Positions 55,870 to 60,985 of a stretch of 60,985 nt of DNA are shown in pieces. The notes under the pieces were generated by a model that saw only the letters and a list, made by a program, of their open reading frames with translations, had not been told where the DNA came from and searched no databases. Source of the stretch: Gaiellaceae bacterium (GTDB lineage: Bacteria > Actinomycetota > Thermoleophilia > Gaiellales > Gaiellaceae); the NCBI GenBank assembly GCA_036377995.1, contig DASUXI010000048.1, positions 1-60,985 of the forward strand, written 5' to 3'. A program made the position numbers and the translations under genes. Numbering within the stretch: position 1 is the first letter of the stretch; each line of letters opens with the position of its first letter.

Positions 55870-57378
55870 ATGTCGACGATGGCCGTACGGAGCCCGGCGG
55901 ACTTCGAGGGTCGCCTCCAGCGCTACCTGTTCGAGCGCTCCGAGGAATCGAGGGCGGTCGTCGTCGGAGAGAAGGAGATCTCCGAGCAGGCGGCGATCGT
56001 CGCGAAGTACGCGGACCTGTTCAGCCGCGAACAGCTGCACAGCCTGAGAGATGAGGAAACCCGGGCCGATGGCGAGCGGGCAGAGTGGCTGTACCGGTTG
56101 CGCAAGACCTGCGAGGGCGGCCTCGTGGCGGCTGAGCTCGCCGAGAAGAGCGACGAGCTCGACAACGCGATCCTGGCCGCCCGCGTGACGTTCAAGGGAG
56201 AGGAGCTGCCGCTTCGATCGGCCGTTGCCCGGCTGGCGGTCACGCCGGAGTACGCCGACCGCGACGAGCTCGGCAAGCTCCAGCGCGCGAAGTCGGCCGA
56301 GTTCAACGAGGGACGGCTGGAGCTCCTTCGCGAGAACGAGGAGCTCGAGGCCGATCTGTCCGAAGAGCCCGATCCGGTCACGCGGAACGAGGAGGAGAAG
56401 CAGATCTCCCTCCGCGATCTCGAATCGGTCCTGGCCGCTGCGAGCGACCAGGTCGAAGCCGCCTTCATCGCAATGCGCGAGCGGTGGTTCGAGCGCCTGC
56501 TCGGCCCGGAGCGCGAGGAAGTGCCGTCCTCCGCGCATATGGGCTACGTGCGCCGCCTGTCCCCGCTCGAGCCCACCTACACGAAGGACCGCGCGACCGA
56601 CGTTTGCCTGGCGACCCTGTCGAAGCTCGGGTTCGACCTCGCTGCCGACGAGAACATCCGGCTCGATCTCGAGGACCGGCCGCAGAAGTCTCCTCGCGCA
56701 TGCGTGATTGCGTCCGACCCGCCGACCGTGGTTCACCTCATTACGCGCGCACAGGGCGGGTTGCACGACTACCAGGCTTTCCTCCACGAGGCCGGCCACG
56801 CGCTCCACTACGCCGGCTGCGATCCCAGCCTCGCCTACACCTTCCGCAGGATCGCGCGCGACCATGCCCTCACCGAGATCTACTCGTACATCTGCGAGGC
56901 AATCAGCCGTGAACCGGGCTGGCACGCCGAGCACTTCGGGCTCGAAGACGAGGAGGCGCGCACGAACGCAGAGGCCACCGTCTTTCTCGAGGCGCTGCTC
57001 TTCCGACGCTATACGGCCAAGCTGCAGTACGAGCTTGGCTTCTGGTCCGACTTCGAGCACGCCGGGCTCGCAAGCGACGAATACTCTCGGCGCTTGACTG
57101 CCGCAACCGGTGTCCACTACCCGCGCGAAGGCCATCTCGACGACATGGATGCCGGCTTCTACTCGGCCGACTACCTTCGCGCCTGGATCCGCCATGCCCA
57201 GCTGCGTGCGTATCTCATCGGCGAGGTCGGGGAGGACTGGTGGCGGAGCGCCGCAACGGGCGAGCTGCTACGTGACCTCTTCCGGGAGGGGACGAAGCCG
57301 TCGAGCGAGGAAATTGCGCGACGGCTTGGCTACGAGCCGTTCGACACGGGGCCTCTGGTCAGGGAACTGTCCGTTTGA
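55870..57378 (+). CDS. M3-family (oligoendopeptidase F-like) zinc metallopeptidase
   Basis: KSPRACVI, then LHDYQAFLHEAGHALHY (HExxH) and a downstream Glu (ALTEIYS). Overall helical architecture like PepF/M3B. Confidence 0.7.
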   Translation: MSTMAVRSPADFEGRLQRYLFERSEESRAVVVGEKEISEQAAIVAKYADLFSREQLHSLRDEETRADGERAEWLYRLRKTCEGGLVAAELAEKSDELDNAILAARVTFKGEELPLRSAVARLAVTPEYADRDELGKLQRAKSAEFNEGRLELLRENEELEADLSEEPDPVTRNEEEKQISLRDLESVLAAASDQVEAAFIAMRERWFERLLGPEREEVPSSAHMGYVRRLSPLEPTYTKDRATDVCLATLSKLGFDLAADENIRLDLEDRPQKSPRACVIASDPPTVVHLITRAQGGLHDYQAFLHEAGHALHYAGCDPSLAYTFRRIARDHALTEIYSYICEAISREPGWHAEHFGLEDEEARTNAEATVFLEALLFRRYTAKLQYELGFWSDFEHAGLASDEYSRRLTAATGVHYPREGHLDDMDAGFYSADYLRAWIRHAQLRAYLIGEVGEDWWRSAATGELLRDLFREGTKPSSEEIARRLGYEPFDTGPLVRELSV

Positions 57379-59063
57379 ACGTTCCGCCAGTTTCGTACGA
57401 CCACTTCTACGCCTACGACGAGCTGAGCGACACGCTCCGCTCGTGGGCCGAAGAAGCGCCCGCGCTCTGCGCGCTCGAGTCGATCGGCACGTCCTTCGAG
57501 GGTCGCGACATCTGGCTCGTCACGGTGACGAACGGCGAGACCGGTGCGCACCAGGACAAGCCCGGCTTCCTGATCGAGGCGAACATCCACTCGATGGAGT
57601 GGACCGGGTGCACTGCGGCGCTTCACCTCATCCACCGGCTCCTGACGGGATACGGCGACGACGAGACCGTGACCCGAGCGCTCGACACACGCGTCTTCTA
57701 TGTCATACCCCGGCTCAACCCCGACGGCGCGGAGCGTGGCCTCGAGGAGCGGCGGTTCATCCGCTCGAGCGTCCGTCCGTATCCGCATGACCAGCAAGAC
57801 GACGGATTACGGGTGGAGGACATCGACGGCGACGGTCGCGTGCTCTACATGCGAGTCGAGGATCCTGTCGGCGCCTGGCGTCGGCATCCCGACGAGCCGA
57901 CGCTCCTGGTGCGGCGCGAGCCGGTCGACAGGCCCGAGGACGGGCCGTTCTACCGGCTGCTCGGGGAGGGCCGGATCGAGAACTACGACGGCGTCACGAT
58001 CAAGATCCCGCCGCCGCTCGAAGGACTCGACCTGAACCGGAACTTTCCTGCCGAATGGGCGCCCGAGGGCGAGCAGCGCGGTGCCGGCCCGTACCCGACC
58101 TCCGAGCCGGAGGTGCGGGCGATGGTCGAGGCCGTGACGGCGCGGCCGAACATCACCGGCCACATCGCCTACCACACGTTCAGCGGCGTCCATCTCCGTC
58201 CATACGCGGGTCGTCCCGACGACGAGTTCCCGACGCAGGACCTGCGCGCTTACAGGCTCCTCGGCGAGCGGGGGACCGAGCTGACCGGGTACCCGGCCGT
58301 GTCCGTCTTCCACGATTTCAAGTACGACCCGAAGGAGACCATCAAGGGCGGCGCCCACGACTGGATGTACGACCATCTCGGCGTGTTCTCGTGGACGACG
58401 GAGTTCTGGAGCCCGCAACGGCAGGCGGGCCTCTCCGACTACCACCTCACCGACTGGATCAGGGAGCACCCGATCGAGCACGATCTCGCGCTGATCGAAT
58501 GGGCGAAGAAGAACTACCCCGACGCGTACGTCGACTGGTACGAGTTCGAGCATCCCGAGCTGGGCAAGGTCGAGCTGGGCGGCTGGGACATCATCAACTA
58601 CTGGTTCAACGTCCCCTTCGACCGGCTCGAGGACGAGGTCGCGCCGCACGCCGAGTGGGCACTCTTCCACGCTCTGGTCTCGCCGCTGCTCGAGGTACGG
58701 GAGCTCGAGGTCGAGAAGCTGGGGGAGACGTCCTCGCTCGTTCGGCTCGTCCTCCAGAACTCCGGGTGGCTCCCCACGAACGTCACGCAGAAGGCGCTCG
58801 CGCGACAGAGCGTTCTCGGCATCGAGGTTGAGCTCGAGCTTCCCGAGGGCGCGCGGCTCGTGAGCGGCGAGGTCAAGACGAACATCGGTCATCTCTGGGG
58901 GCGGGCCGACAAGCGCTCGACCTCGTGGTGGGGGAACGACGACTCGACGGGCGACCTTGCCAAGCTCGAGTGGGTGGTCGAGGCTCCTGCGGGAGGCGAG
59001 CTCGGGATCGAGGCCCGCGGGCAGCGGGCGGGCACGCTCCGGCGCCGCCTGGCTCTCGGCTAG
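57375..59063 (+). CDS. M14-family zinc carboxypeptidase
   Basis: TTGA overlap with the upstream gene. HxxE Zn motif ANIHSMEWTG, NPDG, DLNRNF, third ligand IAYHTFSG, and TTEFW. Confidence 0.8.
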   Translation: MNVPPVSYDHFYAYDELSDTLRSWAEEAPALCALESIGTSFEGRDIWLVTVTNGETGAHQDKPGFLIEANIHSMEWTGCTAALHLIHRLLTGYGDDETVTRALDTRVFYVIPRLNPDGAERGLEERRFIRSSVRPYPHDQQDDGLRVEDIDGDGRVLYMRVEDPVGAWRRHPDEPTLLVRREPVDRPEDGPFYRLLGEGRIENYDGVTIKIPPPLEGLDLNRNFPAEWAPEGEQRGAGPYPTSEPEVRAMVEAVTARPNITGHIAYHTFSGVHLRPYAGRPDDEFPTQDLRAYRLLGERGTELTGYPAVSVFHDFKYDPKETIKGGAHDWMYDHLGVFSWTTEFWSPQRQAGLSDYHLTDWIREHPIEHDLALIEWAKKNYPDAYVDWYEFEHPELGKVELGGWDIINYWFNVPFDRLEDEVAPHAEWALFHALVSPLLEVRELEVEKLGETSSLVRLVLQNSGWLPTNVTQKALARQSVLGIEVELELPEGARLVSGEVKTNIGHLWGRADKRSTSWWGNDDSTGDLAKLEWVVEAPAGGELGIEARGQRAGTLRRRLALG

Positions 59064-59084
59064 CTCGGCCCGGCGGTCACTCGT

Positions 59085-59113
59085 CCGAGGGATCTGTCGG
59101 CCGTGTCCCTCGG
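59085..59113 (+). terminator. 8-bp perfect stem-loop 22 nt after the M14 stop
   Basis: CCGAGGGA (59085-92) pairs with TCCCTCGG (59106-13), with a 13-nt loop. No U-tract follows. Confidence 0.35.
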
Positions 59114-59155
59114 CGGGGGGAGGCGGGTGCTCTTCGCCGCGCGTACCTTGCGACG

Positions 59156-59226
59156 CGGTCGGAGGTTGGCGTACCTCCGGCCGTCAAGGGACCTGCGGCT
59201 CCGCGTGACATGCGCGGAGGGAGGAG
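59156..59226 (+). promoter_or_regulatory. Structured leader with competing SD / anti-SD elements upstream of a small ORF
   Basis: An 11-bp hairpin at 59156-59183 contains CGGAGGT/ACCTCCG. A 7-bp hairpin at 59199-59219 (CTCCGCG/CGCGGAG) abuts the SD GGAGGGAGGAG. CCTCCG 59174-79 can alternatively pair with CGGAGG 59215-20. Confidence 0.35.
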
Positions 59227-59237
59227 TTGGGATCACC

Positions 59238-59441
59238 ATGCTGGATTTGAGCGGCTGGTCGTGCGGCGTTCTCTCCAACGCCCTCTGGGGCAACGGTTCG
59301 CGGGGCGACTCGCGAAAGAACGCGTTGTGGGGCTCCAAGGAAGACAAGAGCGCGCCCCGCTCGGGACGTGCCCACCCGGCAGAAGCGTGGTCGCGGATCG
59401 CCAGGAGCGCGTCCTGGGCCGGCGAGGCTCCGTCGCGCTGA
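59238..59441 (+). CDS. Putative 67-aa Trp-rich peptide with tandem NALWG motif
   Basis: The ATG is preceded by GGAGGGAGGAG (11 nt from GGAGGAG to the ATG). GC3 is high across the ORF. SNALWGNGSRGDSRK / NALWGSKEDKSAPR is an internal duplication. No signal peptide or TM helix. Confidence 0.35.
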   Translation: MLDLSGWSCGVLSNALWGNGSRGDSRKNALWGSKEDKSAPRSGRAHPAEAWSRIARSASWAGEAPSR

Positions 59442-59512
59442 AGACGTTTCCGCACTGACGTTCGCCGCGGCCAAGGTCGCGTCCTCGTCGCGTCGTATTG
59501 TCCGGTTCGACC

Positions 59513-60052
59513 ATGTCCTGGCGTAGGGCCACAAGACTGGCGGCCGGGCTGCTCGTGCTTCTGGCGGCCGTCACCGGCTCCTCGGCGTCCGGCGGGACGC
59601 GCGCCGGCGTCTATCGCATCGACCACGTGGCGGACGGTGACACCGTCACGCTCACGAACGGAGCTCGAGTCCGGCTGGTGCAGATCGACACCCCGGAGGT
59701 CTACTTCGGAACGGAGTGCTACGGACGGCAGGCGTCCGCCACGACGAAGCGGCTCCTGCGGCCCGGGACCCCTGTGCTCCTGTCCGCCGAGCCGGCCACG
59801 GACAGCGTCGACCAGTACGGGCGGCTACTCAGGTACGTCGTGAGAGCTCGGGATCGGCTGAACGTCAACATCCGGCTGGTCGCGGTCGGTGCCGCCGCGC
59901 CGTACTTCTACCAGGGGCGCCGTGGGCGCTATGCGGCCGTGCTCGACCGCCTGGCCCGGCGGGCGCGGGCCGCACATCGCGGTCTCTGGGGAGCGTGCCC
60001 GTGGACGCCGTACGATCCCGATCACGGCGTCCAGACGGACCGCCCGCACTAG
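59513..60052 (+). CDS. Secreted thermonuclease (staphylococcal-nuclease/SNase-like)
   Basis: Signal-like MSWRRATRLAAGLLVLLAAVTGSSASG. DGDTVTL, VRLVQIDTPE, VDQYGRLLRYV, NIRLVAVGAAAPY. Confidence 0.8.
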   Translation: MSWRRATRLAAGLLVLLAAVTGSSASGGTRAGVYRIDHVADGDTVTLTNGARVRLVQIDTPEVYFGTECYGRQASATTKRLLRPGTPVLLSAEPATDSVDQYGRLLRYVVRARDRLNVNIRLVAVGAAAPYFYQGRRGRYAAVLDRLARRARAAHRGLWGACPWTPYDPDHGVQTDRPH

Positions 60053-60070
60053 CTCGCCTCGCGACGCCCC

Positions 60071-60424
60071 TTACGTGCAGGTCATCGAGGCCTGGTCGGG
60101 GCCGGAGCCGTCGGCACGCGTGAACGTCACGGTCACACTGGCTGGATTGATGCCGTCCAGGCCCGCGATCGGCGTCGTGCTGAACGCGGAGCCGTTCGGC
60201 GCTTTTCTGGTGATCGGCACGGTAATGCTCGAGAACGTCGTGCCGGATGCGAACCACGCGAACGTCACCTGGCTGAGCTTCACATGCTGATATTGCGCAG
60301 TGGTGTTGCCCGCGACGGCGCACGAGACGGTGTAGACGGGCGCCGGCGCTGCCCCGGCGGCTCCCGCGCCGAGGAATCCGAGCAGCGACACCGCGGATGC
60401 TCCTACGAGCAGTCGCTTGTTCAT
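60071..60424 (-). CDS. Small secreted beta-rich protein (two Cys), unknown function
   Basis: MNKRLLVGASAVSLLGFLGAGAAGAAPAP signal peptide. GGAAGGAAG SD upstream of ATG 60424. Cys near both ends of the mature protein. Confidence 0.6.
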   Translation of the reverse strand: MNKRLLVGASAVSLLGFLGAGAAGAAPAPVYTVSCAVAGNTTAQYQHVKLSQVTFAWFASGTTFSSITVPITRKAPNGSAFSTTPIAGLDGINPASVTVTFTRADGSGPDQASMTCT

Positions 60425-60674
60425 GTCTTCCTTCCTTGGGGGTTCAACGGGACTTAGCAGGCTTCGATTCGGTTGTCGTGCCCCGGACGAGGGCTATCAA
60501 CTCATGTCCCCCGGACGGCGTCGACATGGTCGCCGACATGCGAAAGGAGAGACCCGCCGTTCCCAGCGGGTTTCCGAGGCTGCGTGGTTGCCAGCGATGC
60601 GCCTCCGACGACCCGTTCCGCTCTGGCTCCGGCAGTGAGAATGGCGAAGCCTCGGTTTAGTACCGTGGCACGCG

Positions 60675-60985
60675 ATGGAGTACGACAACGCCATATCCGA
60701 CGTCGTCCGCGTCGTGGAAGCGGTCGGAGCGGGGATCATGGTGGTCGGAGGATTCGGCGCCTTCGTTATCTTCATCGCGCGAGCCGCCCAACCCGAGCGC
60801 CGAGCCAGCTCCTACAAGGATCTGCGCCGGAACCTCGGCCGCTCCATCCTCCTTGGCGTAGAAGTGCTGATCGTCGCCGACATCGTGCGGACGATCATCG
60901 TCGACCCGACGTTCGAAAGCGTTGTCGTGCTGGCCGTGATCGTCATGATCCGGATCGTGCTCAGCTTCTCGCTCGAGGTCGAGAT
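60675..60985 (+). CDS. DUF1622-like membrane protein, N-terminal part (runs off the window end)
   Basis: Not in the ORF track because it has no stop in the window. ATG 60675 gives MEYDNAISDVVRVVEAVGAGIMVVGGF...YKDLRRNLGRSILLGVEVLIVADIVRTI. High GC3 to the end of the window. Confidence 0.7.
   Translation, partial: MEYDNAISDVVRVVEAVGAGIMVVGGFGAFVIFIARAAQPERRASSYKDLRRNLGRSILLGVEVLIVADIVRTIIVDPTFESVVVLAVIVMIRIVLSFSLEVE

Noticed and set aside
59103-59237. Longer 112-aa version of the small ORF, starting at GTG 59103.
   Set aside because: The extra N-terminal 45 residues are Arg/Leu/Gly-rich, coincide with the hairpin-forming leader, and lack an SD. The internal ATG 59238 has a strong SD.
60482-60529. 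Guanidine-III (ykkC-III) or mini-ykkC riboswitch, suggested by CCGGACGAGG ... CCCGGACGGCG.
   Set aside because: The string resembles part of the guanidine-III consensus as I remember it. However, the P2 partner (CGCCGU) is missing, and the ACGA/ACGG tetranucleotides are not in hairpin loops. The next plus-strand gene starts about 150 nt downstream and is not a Gdx/SugE-type transporter. Only a covariance-model scan could settle this.
60397-60660. 87-aa and 73-aa plus-strand ORFs, and a 92-aa minus-strand ORF, in the 60.4-60.7 kb gap.
   Set aside because: There is no convincing SD, GC3 is mediocre, the products are low-complexity, and the ORFs overlap each other. I cannot support them as genes.

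Overview
This is a very GC-rich, densely coding chromosomal segment; third codon positions are almost always G/C. About 60 genes are supported, nearly all housekeeping.

Gene content suggests a deep-branching Actinomycetota-like lineage (Thermoleophilia/Rubrobacteria-like). The clues are split gcvPA/gcvPB, fused secDF, no ftsA, and murB inside the dcw cluster. This placement is inference only.

Gene layout, in order:
- thiolase / methyltransferase / hbd (0-2.2 kb)
- a secreted protein, then a small secreted protein followed by an OmpR-type two-component system and a UbiA-family phosphoribosyltransferase (2.2-7.3 kb)
- queA-GNAT-tgt-yajC-secDF, followed by a phasin-like gene (7.8-13.9 kb)
- an MprF-like protein and an ABC1 kinase (13.9-17.2 kb)
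- an atypical orphan response regulator, an MBL-fold protein, and an ECF sigma-ogt pair (17.3-19.8 kb)
- a complete dcw cluster: mraZ-rsmH-ftsL-ftsI-murE-murF-mraY-[methyltransferase]-murD-ftsW-murG-murC-murB-ftsQ-ftsZ (20.7-36.1 kb)
- gcvT-H-PA-PB immediately after ftsZ (36.1-40.4 kb)
- a two-gene minus-strand islet (40.4-41.4 kb)
- msrB-msrA, a kinase-like gene, rlmN, ltaE, a serine hydrolase, a MacB-type ABC exporter, a Ca2+/H+ antiporter, a Cys-rich small protein, an MFS transporter, nfo and gltX (41.4-55.3 kb)
- a CheY-M3-M14 peptidase operon (55.5-59.1 kb)
- a structured leader with a small Trp-rich ORF, a secreted nuclease, a small secreted protein, and a partial DUF1622 gene at the window end

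I saw no rRNA, tRNA, CRISPR array, transposase, integrase or obvious prophage/defense island.

The most unusual items are:
- The SAM-methyltransferase translationally wedged between mraY and murD. It has no canonical start codon and sits on a CTGA stop/start junction.
- The structured leader plus 67-codon ORF with a tandem NALWG motif at 59.1-59.4 kb.
- The ECF sigma-MGMT coupled pair.
- The HExxH / small-membrane-protein islet with a perfect 13-bp hairpin.
- A Cys-rich 140-aa orphan.

All family calls come from motif recognition by eye. No database search was run.
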